DNA from: an uncultured Gemmatimonadota bacterium
Lineage (GTDB): Bacteria; Blakebacterota; Blakebacteria; Blakebacterales; Blakebacteraceae
DNA length: 64,000 nt
Assembly (NCBI GenBank): GCA_964576115.1
Contig: CAZNUA010000002.1
Span: 21,789 to 85,788, forward strand
Direction of reading: 5' to 3'
Shown in pieces: positions 9,348 through 19,353 of the stretch. The notes beneath the pieces are model-generated. The model saw only the letters and a program-made list of their open reading frames with translations, had not been told where the DNA came from and searched no databases. A program made the position numbers and the translations under genes. Numbering within the stretch: position 1 is the first letter of the stretch; each line of letters begins with the position of its first letter.

Positions 9348-10038
9348 CGTACTCCTCGTGGTAGTAGCGGCACAGATCGGTCAGGTTGCATTCGCTGCAG
9401 GCCGGACGGCGGGCGCTGCAGACCCGGCGCCCGTGGAAGATCATCGCCGAGGAGAACGCGAACCAGAGTTCCTCGGGGAGCAGATCGTTCAGGGCGTACT
9501 CGATCTTCACCGGATCGGCGGCCCCGGTCAAACCGAGTCGCCGCGCCAGCCGTTTGACGTGGGTATCGACGGTGATGCCCGGCTCGCCCCAGGCGCCGCC
9601 CCTGATGACGTTGGCGGTCTTCCGGCCGATTCCGGGCAGAGCCGTCAGGGCTTCCATGTCCCGCGGGACCTCCCCGCCGTGCTCGGCGACGATGACCCGA
9701 CAGGCTCCCTGGATCGCCTTCGACTTCTGACGGAAGAACCCGGTGGAGTGGATCATCTCTTCCAGCTCGTCGAGCGGGGCTTCGGCGTAATCGCTGGCGG
9801 TCCGGAAGCGGGCGAAAAGGTCGGGAGTCACCATATTGACCCTCTCGTCGGTGCACTGTGCCGACAGGATCGTCGCCACGAGAAGCTGCAGGGGATCCTC
9901 GTAATGCAATGCGATCCGGGCATCGGGGTGGCGTTCGGCCAGCCGCCGGGCGATTGTGAGGGCCCGTTCGGCCCGTTCCTCGTTGGTCTCGTCGACATAC
10001 ATGTCCTCAAGAGTACGTCTCACGGGCACAGGCGCCAA
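9328..10038 (-). CDS. nth: endonuclease III
   Basis: HhH-GPD motif (LTALPGIGRKTANVI) and a C-terminal 4Fe-4S CX6CX2CX5C cluster. Confidence 0.9.
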   Translation of the reverse strand: MAPVPVRRTLEDMYVDETNEERAERALTIARRLAERHPDARIALHYEDPLQLLVATILSAQCTDERVNMVTPDLFARFRTASDYAEAPLDELEEMIHSTGFFRQKSKAIQGACRVIVAEHGGEVPRDMEALTALPGIGRKTANVIRGGAWGEPGITVDTHVKRLARRLGLTGAADPVKIEYALNDLLPEELWFAFSSAMIFHGRRVCSARRPACSECNLTDLCRYYHEEYDGKPVP

Positions 10039-10151
10039 CTGATGATGTGTCTTGCGGATCGGGTTCCGGGGTGGGAGAATTCGGGGAGGAGAAGCGTTGC
10101 CGGAGGGTAACTAAACGAAGCGAGGCTGCTGGACGTCTTACCGGTACCATC

Positions 10152-10733
10152 ATGGCTCTGACCGACGCGAATAAGCCCGACCCCGAGCTGCGGCTCGAAA
10201 TCTCCGACGAGGAGATCATCCGCAGCTGTCTCGAGGGTGATTCTGACAGCTACCGCATCCTGGTGGAGCGGTACTGGTCCATGGTCTACAGTGTGGTCCG
10301 GCGCATCGCCGACTCCCATGACGATACCGTGGACGTCACCCAGGAAGCGTTTGTGAGGGCGTACGAGCATCTGGCCGATTTCGCCCGCGACTGCAAGTTC
10401 TCGACCTGGCTGCTGCGGGTCGCCACCAACTACGCCCTCGACCAGAAACGCCGGCGCACGGCCCGGGTGCGCCTGCGCGAATACGTGCCCGTGACCGGGT
10501 ACACCCCCTCGCCCGACACCCCCGCCATCACCCGCGAGACGGAGAGCCGCCTCTCGGAAGCCCTGCGCAGCCTGAGTCATCACCAGCGTCTGGCGCTGGT
10601 CCTGAAGGTCGTGCACGGCATGAGCACGAGCGAAGTGGCCGACATTCTGGGGTGCTCGGAGGGAACGGTCCGGGTGCACCTGCACCAGGCCCGCAAGGCA
10701 CTGCGGGACCGCTGGGAAGGATGGCGGTCGTGA
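10152..10733 (+). CDS. ECF RNA polymerase sigma factor
   Basis: Region 2 (VTQEAFVRAYEHLADF...STWLLRVATNYALD) and region 4 (LALVLKVVHGMSTSEVADILGCSEGTVRVHLHQARKAL). Start taken at the internal Met MALTDANK; the track ORF begins at 10047. Confidence 0.85.
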   Translation: MALTDANKPDPELRLEISDEEIIRSCLEGDSDSYRILVERYWSMVYSVVRRIADSHDDTVDVTQEAFVRAYEHLADFARDCKFSTWLLRVATNYALDQKRRRTARVRLREYVPVTGYTPSPDTPAITRETESRLSEALRSLSHHQRLALVLKVVHGMSTSEVADILGCSEGTVRVHLHQARKALRDRWEGWRS

Positions 10734-11290
10734 ACGCGCGCGGCTACCGCAGGCCGGGCCGCTCCGGGGCCACCTTCCTGTGCGGCTACGTTCAGCGCAC
10801 CCTCGGTCAGCTGGGTGATGACGCCCTGGCCCTGCCCCTGATCAGCCGTCATCTGGCCGACTGCCCCGCCTGCCGGGCTCACCGCCGTCGGATCGCGCTG
10901 GTGGACCGGGCTCTGCAGCGCGAATTGCTCTGGGAGACGCCGCCGGTCTTCGCCGGCCGGTGGGAAGAAATCCGCACCCGGCTCGGGTTCGATCCCGAAC
11001 CCGACCGAGTTCCCCGGCAGCGTTCCGGAATCAGGGCGGGTCTGCTGACCGTCGCCCTGTCGGCCCTTTTGCTCCTTCTCGGAGTCGCCTGGCGCGTCGA
11101 CCATGCCCCCCCCGAACCGGTCTCCGTCATCGCCGTGGCACCCGGGGTGGCGATCACCGCCGCTTCGACCGAGGGTGAAGAGGCCACCGTCAACGTCGAA
11201 TCGACAGATGCCGAGGACGGAACCGTCTACCTCTGGCTCGACGACACCGGCAGCGGCGACGACGCCGGCTTCGAAGAGGAGCAGTGGTGA
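10721..11290 (+). CDS. anti-sigma factor, zf-HC2 type (HxxxCxxC) with one TM helix
   Basis: HLADCPACRAHRR zinc-finger motif and TM helix LLTVALSALLLLLGVAW; ATG 10721 overlaps the sigma gene stop. Confidence 0.75.
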   Translation: MAVVNARGYRRPGRSGATFLCGYVQRTLGQLGDDALALPLISRHLADCPACRAHRRRIALVDRALQRELLWETPPVFAGRWEEIRTRLGFDPEPDRVPRQRSGIRAGLLTVALSALLLLLGVAWRVDHAPPEPVSVIAVAPGVAITAASTEGEEATVNVESTDAEDGTVYLWLDDTGSGDDAGFEEEQW

Positions 11291-12285
11291 TGCGGGCGCC
11301 CGATCGCATCGGTTGCCTGGGTACCTTTCTCCTGGCGCTCGCGTTGCTCATTCCCGCGCCTGCCCTGGCTGCACCGGAGAATGGCCGCGACCGAGACCGC
11401 CCCAATCCGGCCTTTACCCTCAACCGGGTCCGGCTCTACATCATTCACGCCCGTGAGGGCCAGCCGCAGGTGACCCTGCCGCCCCTGCGCGGTCACCACT
11501 CCAACGAGGTCGTGGAAGAAGCCGTCAGCAGCGCGGTCGAGGCGGTCCAGCGCATCCGCCGGCGGTATACATGGTCGGATATCGAGATCGTGGGCCAGGC
11601 CCACTACCTGCTGCAGGCGGTCCGCAACCGCGGCGGACGGTACCTGTACCGCCTGGTGGACGAACCGGGCTGGAGTCCCTGGTCGGCCGAAGAGTACACC
11701 GGCGAACTCAGGGTCAGCTCAGAGGACGGTCCCCTGGCGATGCAGGTGGATGTTTTCCGCCGCCAGGCGAGCGTCCTGCACGTCCAGATGCAGCTCGAAC
11801 CGGGCCGCCCCCTGGTCATGGGTACCAACCTCCCCGACGGCAGTGCCCTGTTCGCCGTGCTGACCGTCAATGTGCCCGATCCGTTGCTGACCGAGACCGG
11901 GAAAATCGATCACCCCGACCGTTTCGGTCCCCGGGCCACCCCCACCGAGGGCGAAAGGGATACCAATCCCACGCAGATCTACCTCAACTGGGATACCCCC
12001 CCGCGACTGGTCGAACAGCACCAGCCGGTCTACCCCGAGATCGCCATGCGGGCCGATGTCGAGGGACATGTGACCCTTCATGTTGTGGTGGGTACCGATG
12101 GTTCGGTCGAGCAGGTGCAGGTGGCCGATTCGAGTCCGAAGGGCATCTTCGATTCCGCCGCTCTGACGGCGGTGCGGACCTGGCGGTACGCTCCCGCCCG
12201 TATCAACGCCCGGCCGGTCCGGGCCCTCTTCAGCCAGACCGTCCAGTTCGTCCTGAACGACCAGAGCCGGGATCCCTACCGGTAA
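11290..12285 (+). CDS. TonB C-terminal domain protein with N-terminal signal anchor and an uncharacterised middle domain
   Basis: C-terminal 90 aa match the TonB_C fold signature (PVYPEIAMRADVEGHVTLHVVVGTDGSV...GIFDSAALTAVRTWRYAP); hydrophobic N-terminus; start overlaps the anti-sigma stop (TGATG). Confidence 0.65.
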   Translation: MRAPDRIGCLGTFLLALALLIPAPALAAPENGRDRDRPNPAFTLNRVRLYIIHAREGQPQVTLPPLRGHHSNEVVEEAVSSAVEAVQRIRRRYTWSDIEIVGQAHYLLQAVRNRGGRYLYRLVDEPGWSPWSAEEYTGELRVSSEDGPLAMQVDVFRRQASVLHVQMQLEPGRPLVMGTNLPDGSALFAVLTVNVPDPLLTETGKIDHPDRFGPRATPTEGERDTNPTQIYLNWDTPPRLVEQHQPVYPEIAMRADVEGHVTLHVVVGTDGSVEQVQVADSSPKGIFDSAALTAVRTWRYAPARINARPVRALFSQTVQFVLNDQSRDPYR

Positions 12286-13298
12286 GAATTTCCCATCGGG
12301 TATTCCCGGGCCACGATCTCGTCATCGAACGGTTCGCGCAGACTGCCCCGGACGATAAATCCGGGCAGCCGGACCCGCACCACGATCGGGCGGCGGGCCG
12401 GCTCCTGACCGATCCAGAAGGTGAGCTCGACTCCCTCCTGAATCAGGTGGCGGGTGAGATAGTCGCTTCGATGTCCGCTCTCCGTCCCGCTCCCGGACTC
12501 CGCCCCTGCGTCACTCGACGTCCCCGCATGCCCCCCACCCGACTCACCGGCGTCCCCGGTGCCGGTCGCCGGCCGCGACAGGGTACAGACGATCCGCCAG
12601 GTTGCGACCCGTCCTTCGGGGGCCCGCTGGGTTTCCTCACCCTCACGGCTAATTGTCAGGAGCCACGGGACACCCTCGGCCTGCAGATCGAGCCGGGCTT
12701 CGGTGAGCCGGTCCCAGTCCGCGTACCGCACCCACCAGAGCGCGGAAAAGAAATTGTGCCGTCCCGGCGCGGTATTTTCGAGATCGATGTTCTCGGGCCG
12801 GCCCCGGGCAACGTAGCGTTCGGGCAGGACCGGCAGGCTCTCCTCGTCATCTCCGCCGGTTGAGACCGTCCCCCCGTAGCGCTCGATACTGCGAAAGCGG
12901 AGGTTTTTCTCGTCGATCTCCCGCTCATACACCACCGGCACGCTGCCGGGCATGCGCAGCCGGGTCACATAGGCATTATGGATGTGGGTGAACTGCTCCC
13001 AGACGGCCGTTGTCCGGGCTCCCCCCCGCACGATCCACTCTCCCCCCGGTTCCGCCGGCCGGACCTCATCGAGGATCGCCCGGGCCACGGGGATGCCCAG
13101 AAAGCTCATGGTGTAGGCCAGGCGCCGGGCCCCCGTGTCCGCCTCCTGCCACAGACCGGCCGGCACCTTCTCACCCGCCGGCTGGACTCCGGTCATGACC
13201 GCCGGCACTGTCTGCGCCCGGGGCCCGATGCCGGCCGTCGGAGTGAGCACCAGCGCCAGCAGGGCGAAGGAGAAAAACAGTCGGCTTTGAATCGTCAT
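12276..13298 (-). CDS. secreted hypothetical protein (possibly DUF3108-like)
   Basis: Sec signal peptide (MTIQSRLFFSFALLALVLTPTAG); no catalytic motifs recognised; gene is convergent with the TonB_C gene. Confidence 0.5.
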   Translation of the reverse strand: MTIQSRLFFSFALLALVLTPTAGIGPRAQTVPAVMTGVQPAGEKVPAGLWQEADTGARRLAYTMSFLGIPVARAILDEVRPAEPGGEWIVRGGARTTAVWEQFTHIHNAYVTRLRMPGSVPVVYEREIDEKNLRFRSIERYGGTVSTGGDDEESLPVLPERYVARGRPENIDLENTAPGRHNFFSALWWVRYADWDRLTEARLDLQAEGVPWLLTISREGEETQRAPEGRVATWRIVCTLSRPATGTGDAGESGGGHAGTSSDAGAESGSGTESGHRSDYLTRHLIQEGVELTFWIGQEPARRPIVVRVRLPGFIVRGSLREPFDDEIVAREYPMGNSYR

Positions 13299-13364
13299 AA
13301 GGCTCGGCTCAGTTCCCTGTCCTGGTGCTCCGGCGCACGGTGGTCGTTGTATGACATGAAACGC

Positions 13365-15104
13365 CTAGAACGGGTTATAGGTCCAGCTCACGAATACCTG
13401 CCACTCCTGCCCCAGCGAAGCCGGCGGAACGGGCGAGATTCCTGTGCTGCGGTCGTGCGGCCACAGACCGGCGGGAGCGCGGAGGATCTCGGCCTTCAGA
13501 CGCCAGTGATGCTCGCCCTCGAACATCGCCCGGGCCCCGACCCAGGCCCCGAGGCGATCGGGGCCGAACATGAACTGCTTGCTGATGGGGTCAGGATACT
13601 GCTCGCTGCGGGGCGCCTCCCCGCCGGCCCGGGCGTAACGCCCCCACAGCGCGAGAGTGAGCCGGGGCGAGGCCAGCCAGGAGATCCGGCCCTGGAGGAC
13701 CTCAGAGTTCTGCCCGCTCCAGAAACCGAGCGGGCTCTCCCAGTGGGTCCAGTCGTTGACGGGAAAACGGTGCCGGAAGACATAGGGCAGGATCCGGGTG
13801 GCCTCGAACCAGAGATGCCAGCGGCCCCCGTCGACGGGGGGAACCCATGACGCTCCGAGCTGGAAAGCCATCCAGTTGTGAGCGGTCGAGTCGGCGAAGG
13901 TATCGCCGATCTGCCACTCGTCCACAGCGAAAACACCGTAGAGCGATGGTCCCCGCTGCGGCTGGAAGTTCAGATCCACCTGCATCATGGCGTTGTCGGG
14001 ATCGAAGAGATAGTGCTGGGCGTCCCAGAGGGTGACCGTAGGCACCAGGTAGAGCAGCTCGGGGAAGCGGTCGGCCGCGATGATCATCTCCTGCAGACCG
14101 AGGTGCAGGACCGGCAGGGGGTGCAGTTCGAGCCGGTGTCCGATGAGGTACTTCTGGCGTTCCAGCCAGCGCCGATCGGTATCGACCGGGGGCTGATATG
14201 AACGTAGCGAATCGATGATCCCCGACTTCAGCGTCCCGGCCAGCATGGTGAAACGCAGCCAGTTCCCGAAGGCCACCCGCCCCTGCAGGTGCCCGAAGCC
14301 GGGAGCGTGCCCGGAGAGGAGCAGATTGCGCTCGGGGCTGGGACCCCAGGCGGGGGAATCGAGACGGATGTCTGTCCCCAGATAGCGACCGTCGAAGGAC
14401 AGATGGCCGCTGCTCTCGTTGTAGGCCACCATGTCGAGGAAGGCGTTCTGCAGCGGTACGGCCTGTCCCGGATCGGTGGCCCACTTTCGGACCGTCCCCT
14501 GGCGGCTTTCGTTGCTCTGCCGGTAGCGGGCGGCATACCCGATCCCGCGTCCGGCGGTGCCGTAAACCTCGACTCCCCCCCGGCCGATCAGGGCCGCTTC
14601 ATTGTCGGGGGGGATGTCGGTCCGTCCGTCCCAGGCCAGTTCAAGGGTCATTTCGGCCGTCAGGCTCGCCTCGCCCTCGGCCCACTCCAGGCACAGCGGC
14701 GCGGGGCGCGGCTCGATCGAAGCCGGATCTCCGTCCAACTCGGCGACAAACTCGCGCAGCCTCCATTCTCCGGCCGCAGCCAGGGCCTCCAGACCGCGCT
14801 CGCGCGCCCGGGCCACACCGGTCGCCAGCGCCCGGGCCACCGCCCGTCGGGAGAGCGGCCGCACGTCGAGCCAGGCATCGGTGAGCAGTCCGGCCCCCCG
14901 GAAGAGCTCGAGCGTCGCGTAAGCGGGATGACCCTGACCGAGATAGATGGTGGCGGCCGGCGGCGCAGTGGCGGACTCCTGGGCCGAAACCGTACCTGCG
15001 GAAAAGCCGTTCGGCAACCCGGAGAGGCTGACGGCGAGTGAGACAAGAAGGGCGGCGGCACCCCGAGGGAACCGCCGCCCGAATCGTGCCCGGCGAGAGG
15101 CCAT
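13365..15104 (-). CDS. outer-membrane beta-barrel protein (C-terminal aromatic residue; possibly Wzi-like)
   Basis: Signal peptide (MASRRARFGRRFPRGAAALLVSLAVSLS), alternating amphipathic beta-strand pattern, terminal ...WTYNPF. Start at the internal Met whose ATG overlaps the upstream stop by 1 nt. Confidence 0.55.
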   Translation of the reverse strand: MASRRARFGRRFPRGAAALLVSLAVSLSGLPNGFSAGTVSAQESATAPPAATIYLGQGHPAYATLELFRGAGLLTDAWLDVRPLSRRAVARALATGVARARERGLEALAAAGEWRLREFVAELDGDPASIEPRPAPLCLEWAEGEASLTAEMTLELAWDGRTDIPPDNEAALIGRGGVEVYGTAGRGIGYAARYRQSNESRQGTVRKWATDPGQAVPLQNAFLDMVAYNESSGHLSFDGRYLGTDIRLDSPAWGPSPERNLLLSGHAPGFGHLQGRVAFGNWLRFTMLAGTLKSGIIDSLRSYQPPVDTDRRWLERQKYLIGHRLELHPLPVLHLGLQEMIIAADRFPELLYLVPTVTLWDAQHYLFDPDNAMMQVDLNFQPQRGPSLYGVFAVDEWQIGDTFADSTAHNWMAFQLGASWVPPVDGGRWHLWFEATRILPYVFRHRFPVNDWTHWESPLGFWSGQNSEVLQGRISWLASPRLTLALWGRYARAGGEAPRSEQYPDPISKQFMFGPDRLGAWVGARAMFEGEHHWRLKAEILRAPAGLWPHDRSTGISPVPPASLGQEWQVFVSWTYNPF

Positions 15105-16720
15105 CAGACCTTCTCGGAAATGCTCTTCGGCTGGGTGAAGAGGAAGAGGTAGTCGAACCCTCCCGCCTTCGAGTCGGTCCCGCTCATGTTGAAACCGCCG
15201 AAGGGGTGACCGCCCACCAGGGCGCCGGTACACTTGCGGTTCACGTACAGGTTCCCGGCATGGCAGCGGTCCTTCCCCTTCTCGATCTTCTCGCGGTTGG
15301 TGGAGTAGATCGCTCCGGTCAGGCCGTAGATCGAGTCGTTGAAAACGTCGATGGCGTCATCGAAGTCCCCGGCCTTGATGACCGCCGCGACCGGTCCGAA
15401 GATCTCCTCCTGGGCGAGGCGGTCCTTGCGATCGATGTCGGCGATGATGGTGGGCTGGATGTACCAGCCTTCTCCCGCCTCGCTGTCGCGCGCCCCGCCG
15501 GTCACGAGCCGGCCTTCCTCTTTGCCGATCTCGATGTAGGCCAGGTGATCGTTCATGGCCCCTTCGTTGATCACGGCCCCCATGTAGTTGGCCTGATCGG
15601 CGGGATCGCCGACCGCGATCTTTTCGGTCTCGGCCACGAATTTCTCGAGGAACTCGTCATAGACGTCCTCGCAGACGATGATGCGCGAGGCTGCGCTGCA
15701 CTTCTGACCCTGGAAACCGAAGGCGGAAGCGGTGCAGCCCCTGGCGGCCTCGTCCAGATCGGCCTCGGAGTCCACGATGATGGCGTCCTTGCCGCCCATC
15801 TCGAGGATGGTCCGTTTGATCCAGATCTGCCCTTCGGGGGCCTTGGCCGCTTCGGCGTTGATGTGCAGGCCGACCTCCATCGACCCCGTGAAAGCGATCA
15901 GGCGGGTCTTGGGATGCTTGACCAGGTAATCTCCGGCCGAGGCGCCCGCCCCGGGCATGAAGTTGACCACGCCCTCGGGCAGGCCGATGTCCTGCAGGAT
16001 CTTGAAGTACTGGTACCCGATTCCGGGGGAATCGCTCGAAGGTTTGAGGACGACCGTGTTCCCCGCCACCCAGGCCGCCGTGGCCATACCGCACAGGATC
16101 GCCAGCGGGAAGTTCCACGGCGGTACCACCAGAGCCACCCCGAGGGGGATGTAACGCAGTTCGTTGTCCTCGCCCGGGACCGGGGTCAGGGGCTGGGGAG
16201 CGGCGTAGCGGACCATCTCCCGGCCGTAGAAGTCGAGGAAGTCGATCGCTTCGGCCACGTCGGCGTCGGCCTCGACCCACGACTTGCTCTCCTCGAAGAC
16301 CATCCAGGCGGCCAGTTCGAGCCGGCGCTCGGTCATCAGATCGCAGGCTTTCCAGGCGTACTCGGCCCGCTCCCACGGATCGGACCACTGCCACGTCTCG
16401 AAGGCGTCCAGGGCCGCATTGATGGCGATATCGGCCTCATCCTTCTGCGCTTTCGAGAAGGATCCGATCAGTTCGTCGGGGTAGGACGGGTTGTAGCTGG
16501 GCAACTGAGCTTCGGTCCAGATTTCCTTGCCGCCCAGAATCAGCGGGTAGTCGCGGCCGAATTCGGACCGCACTTTTTCCAGGGCGGCCGTCATGGCCTG
16601 AACGTTCTCATCTTTCGAGAAGTCGGTCAGGGGGCAGTTGCGGAACTCCCCCCGCTTCTCCATTACTTCTTTGGGCCAGGTCGCCTCAACGGCCCTGGTC
16701 ATGGTTCCGCTCTCTGACAT
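15104..16720 (-). CDS. L-glutamate gamma-semialdehyde (1-pyrroline-5-carboxylate) dehydrogenase, aldehyde dehydrogenase family
   Basis: ALDH catalytic Cys (FGFQGQKCSAASR) and Glu (LEMGGKD) motifs; RocA/PruA-type N-terminus PLTDFSKDEN; start at MSESG. Confidence 0.85.
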   Translation of the reverse strand: MSESGTMTRAVEATWPKEVMEKRGEFRNCPLTDFSKDENVQAMTAALEKVRSEFGRDYPLILGGKEIWTEAQLPSYNPSYPDELIGSFSKAQKDEADIAINAALDAFETWQWSDPWERAEYAWKACDLMTERRLELAAWMVFEESKSWVEADADVAEAIDFLDFYGREMVRYAAPQPLTPVPGEDNELRYIPLGVALVVPPWNFPLAILCGMATAAWVAGNTVVLKPSSDSPGIGYQYFKILQDIGLPEGVVNFMPGAGASAGDYLVKHPKTRLIAFTGSMEVGLHINAEAAKAPEGQIWIKRTILEMGGKDAIIVDSEADLDEAARGCTASAFGFQGQKCSAASRIIVCEDVYDEFLEKFVAETEKIAVGDPADQANYMGAVINEGAMNDHLAYIEIGKEEGRLVTGGARDSEAGEGWYIQPTIIADIDRKDRLAQEEIFGPVAAVIKAGDFDDAIDVFNDSIYGLTGAIYSTNREKIEKGKDRCHAGNLYVNRKCTGALVGGHPFGGFNMSGTDSKAGGFDYLFLFTQPKSISEKV

Positions 16721-16830
16721 CCTCTGTCTCTCCTCTAGGGCTGGCGGGCGGGGACGAAAAAGTACTAAGTCAGACCTCAAGGTCCGAAATTCCCCCTCCG
16801 CAGTCCACGAAAATGTTGCCGGCTCGGCCC

Positions 16831-19212
16831 TCAGTACCCCCGGCCCTCCCCACGCGGGACCACGACCGGTTCGTCATCCACCAGATAAGCCGTGAACCAG
16901 TCAACATACTCCCTCAGGCGCCTGACCAGCAACCACGGCTCGCCCGTTCGCGACAGGCCGTGCGAGGAGTCGGGGAAGAGGACCATCTTGACCGGCACTT
17001 CGTTCTTCTGCAGGGCCCGGTACCACTGTTCCCCTTCCTCGAGGGGACAGCGGTAGTCGTTGATGGAGTGGACGATCAGGGTCGGAGTGCTGACCTGATC
17101 GGCCCAGGCGATCGGGCTGAGCATCATGGCAAGGTTCCAGCTGCCCTCCTCGTCGCTGCGGAAGGGCCAGGGGCGCCCGCCGAACTCGCGCTCGACCAGA
17201 CCCGAGGCGTCGGAGACGCCGTAGAAACTGATCCAGTTGCAGATGCTCCGGGCGGCGATAGCGCAGCGGAAGCGGTCGGAATGGGCAGTGATCCAGTTGG
17301 TCATGTAGCCGCCGTAGGAACCGCCCGTGACACCCATGAAGTCCTCGTCCACCAGCCCGCGATCCACGACCAGGTCGACCGCCTGCAGGTAATCCTTGTA
17401 GTCGTCGATCCCCCAGGCCTCCATGATCATGCCCGAGAACTCGCTGCCGTACCCGCTCGACCCGCGCGGGTTGATATAGAGCACGAATATGCCCGACGCA
17501 GCGATCATCTGGAACTCGGGGAACCAGGTTTCGGCATACATCGAGTGCGGGCCGCCGTGAATCGAGAGCACCAGCGGATACTTCTGCCCTTCGACATAGT
17601 CGAGGGGGTACATGAGCCAGCCCTCGACCTCGGGCCGCTCCCCGCGCCGTGCCTCGTGGGTCATCATGTACTCCACTCCCCGCCGGGGAAGCTGCTCGAG
17701 CCAGTCGGGATCGTGCGGGGCGCCGGTGAAGGTGATCCGCTCCACCCGCGAGAGTTTCACGTCCCCCATCCAGGCGGTATTGGCCTCGCTGATCCGGGTC
17801 TCACCGCTGCCGTCGAGGCGGGCGACATAGGCTTCCCAGGGCATTTCGGCCGTGTCCTTGACATAAGCCACTTTCGTCATGTCCCGATCGAAGGACACGC
17901 CGGACAGGCTGTGGCGGCCTTCGGTCACAGCCGAGTACTCCCCGGTCGCAAGGGTCAGCTGCATGATCTGGGTCTGGCCGCCGATGCGCGAAGTGGTGTA
18001 GAGGCAAGCGTCATCGGCCGCCCAGCTCAGGCTGCCGAAGCCATATATCCAGCCGTCCCCGAATTCGGCCACTGTCGTCCCGGACCGGTCGATGACCCGG
18101 GTGATGGTTGGGCTTTCCCGGTCGGGGCTGATCGAGTAAGCCAACCTGTCTCCATCATGAGACATGACGATTCCGCGGGGACTGCCCGTTTCGGTGACGA
18201 TATGGACCGGCTCACCGCCGGCGACCGGGAGCAGGAAGATTCCCGTCTCCCGCGAACCGCCCCGGCCCATGAACATCTCCTCCGGGGTCGGTTCTTCGCT
18301 TTCTTCCCGTTCCTCGTGCTGGAGCATGTCCTGGGTGTAGATGATCCAGCGGCCGTCGGGACTGAAGCCGGCAAAGGACTTGTTCCAGGCGTCGAAGGTG
18401 ATCTGTTCGGGTTCTTCGCCCTCGGCCAGTCCGTCGGCGGGGGTGCGGAAGAACTGGGTGTAGCGGGGCGGCCCCTCGCCCCGGCCGCCACGCTGCTCAG
18501 CGCCCGGGAACTGGCGCATCATCCCGCTCATTCCCGAACCACCGCCGGTGACGAAAGCCAGCTGGCCATCCCGCTTGTAGGTGGAATTGGTGATGACGTA
18601 TACATCGCGGTTGCGTTCGGCTTCGGTCGTGCCGGCCCATTCGGTTCCCGTCCGGCGGGTCAGGGCGGGGATACCGTCGGGCCGCGAGGGCCGCTCGCCC
18701 CGCTCGGGGCGGGCCCGTTCCTCCTCACCGGGTTCGGCGGGAGGCTCCTCACTCTCCTCGGCTACGGCTCGGGAAGTCAGGATCCAGCTGCCGTCGGGGT
18801 GGAAGGTGGGGTTGCCGCTGATCCCGTTGATCCGGTAAGCCTCGCCCCCCGGTTCGAGGAAGTTGATGAAGTGCGTACCGCTTTCTTCACCCCGGGTGGT
18901 CGAGAACCAGATCCGGCGCCCGTCGGGAGTCCAGTGGGGGCTGGTGGTATTCACCCCTGCGGTGGAGAGCCTCTGGGTGCGGCCGGTTTCCAGATCGGCC
19001 CACCACACCTCGGTCATCCGGTCGTTCTGTTCGCGCCGCACCGTCTGTACGGTATAGAGCAGGTAACGGCCGTCGGGGCTGAGCTCGGTCGAACCCACCC
19101 GCTTGACGCGGTAGTAATCATCGGGCTCGATAGCCCGTTTCTCCTGCGCTCCGGCCAGCAGAGGCAGGAGCAGGATCAGCAGGAGCGGGAGTCGCAGGGT
19201 GTGTCGTCGCAT
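16831..19212 (-). CDS. S9 family serine peptidase (prolyl oligopeptidase / acylaminoacyl-peptidase type) with N-terminal beta-propeller
   Basis: Signal peptide MRRHTLRLPLLLILLLPLLAGAQE; catalytic GGSYGG nucleophile elbow; C-terminal alpha/beta hydrolase region. Confidence 0.85.
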   Translation of the reverse strand: MRRHTLRLPLLLILLLPLLAGAQEKRAIEPDDYYRVKRVGSTELSPDGRYLLYTVQTVRREQNDRMTEVWWADLETGRTQRLSTAGVNTTSPHWTPDGRRIWFSTTRGEESGTHFINFLEPGGEAYRINGISGNPTFHPDGSWILTSRAVAEESEEPPAEPGEEERARPERGERPSRPDGIPALTRRTGTEWAGTTEAERNRDVYVITNSTYKRDGQLAFVTGGGSGMSGMMRQFPGAEQRGGRGEGPPRYTQFFRTPADGLAEGEEPEQITFDAWNKSFAGFSPDGRWIIYTQDMLQHEEREESEEPTPEEMFMGRGGSRETGIFLLPVAGGEPVHIVTETGSPRGIVMSHDGDRLAYSISPDRESPTITRVIDRSGTTVAEFGDGWIYGFGSLSWAADDACLYTTSRIGGQTQIMQLTLATGEYSAVTEGRHSLSGVSFDRDMTKVAYVKDTAEMPWEAYVARLDGSGETRISEANTAWMGDVKLSRVERITFTGAPHDPDWLEQLPRRGVEYMMTHEARRGERPEVEGWLMYPLDYVEGQKYPLVLSIHGGPHSMYAETWFPEFQMIAASGIFVLYINPRGSSGYGSEFSGMIMEAWGIDDYKDYLQAVDLVVDRGLVDEDFMGVTGGSYGGYMTNWITAHSDRFRCAIAARSICNWISFYGVSDASGLVEREFGGRPWPFRSDEEGSWNLAMMLSPIAWADQVSTPTLIVHSINDYRCPLEEGEQWYRALQKNEVPVKMVLFPDSSHGLSRTGEPWLLVRRLREYVDWFTAYLVDDEPVVVPRGEGRGY

Positions 19213-19353
19213 CACAGAAGCCTCCATATAGCGGTAATCCGGACCGGTTGCGGGGTGAGTGTATGACCGCCGCACCCCGGGCGCAACGGGCATGGCCCCA
19301 TCCCGAATACACCCGGCGGGGGGGATTCCTTGGTACGAGCCGGCGGCCTAATC

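Noticed and set aside
16813-19266. 817-aa plus-strand ORF mirroring the S9 peptidase gene (likewise 21321..23849 mirroring the BNR protein, 24265..25809 mirroring FTCD, 32011..33951 mirroring lepA, 33903..35411 mirroring the amidase, 40113..41372, 44668..46815, 62280..63896)
   Set aside because: Mirror ORFs with Gly/Arg/Pro/Asp-rich composition and no recognisable domains; the opposite-strand genes carry clear catalytic motifs
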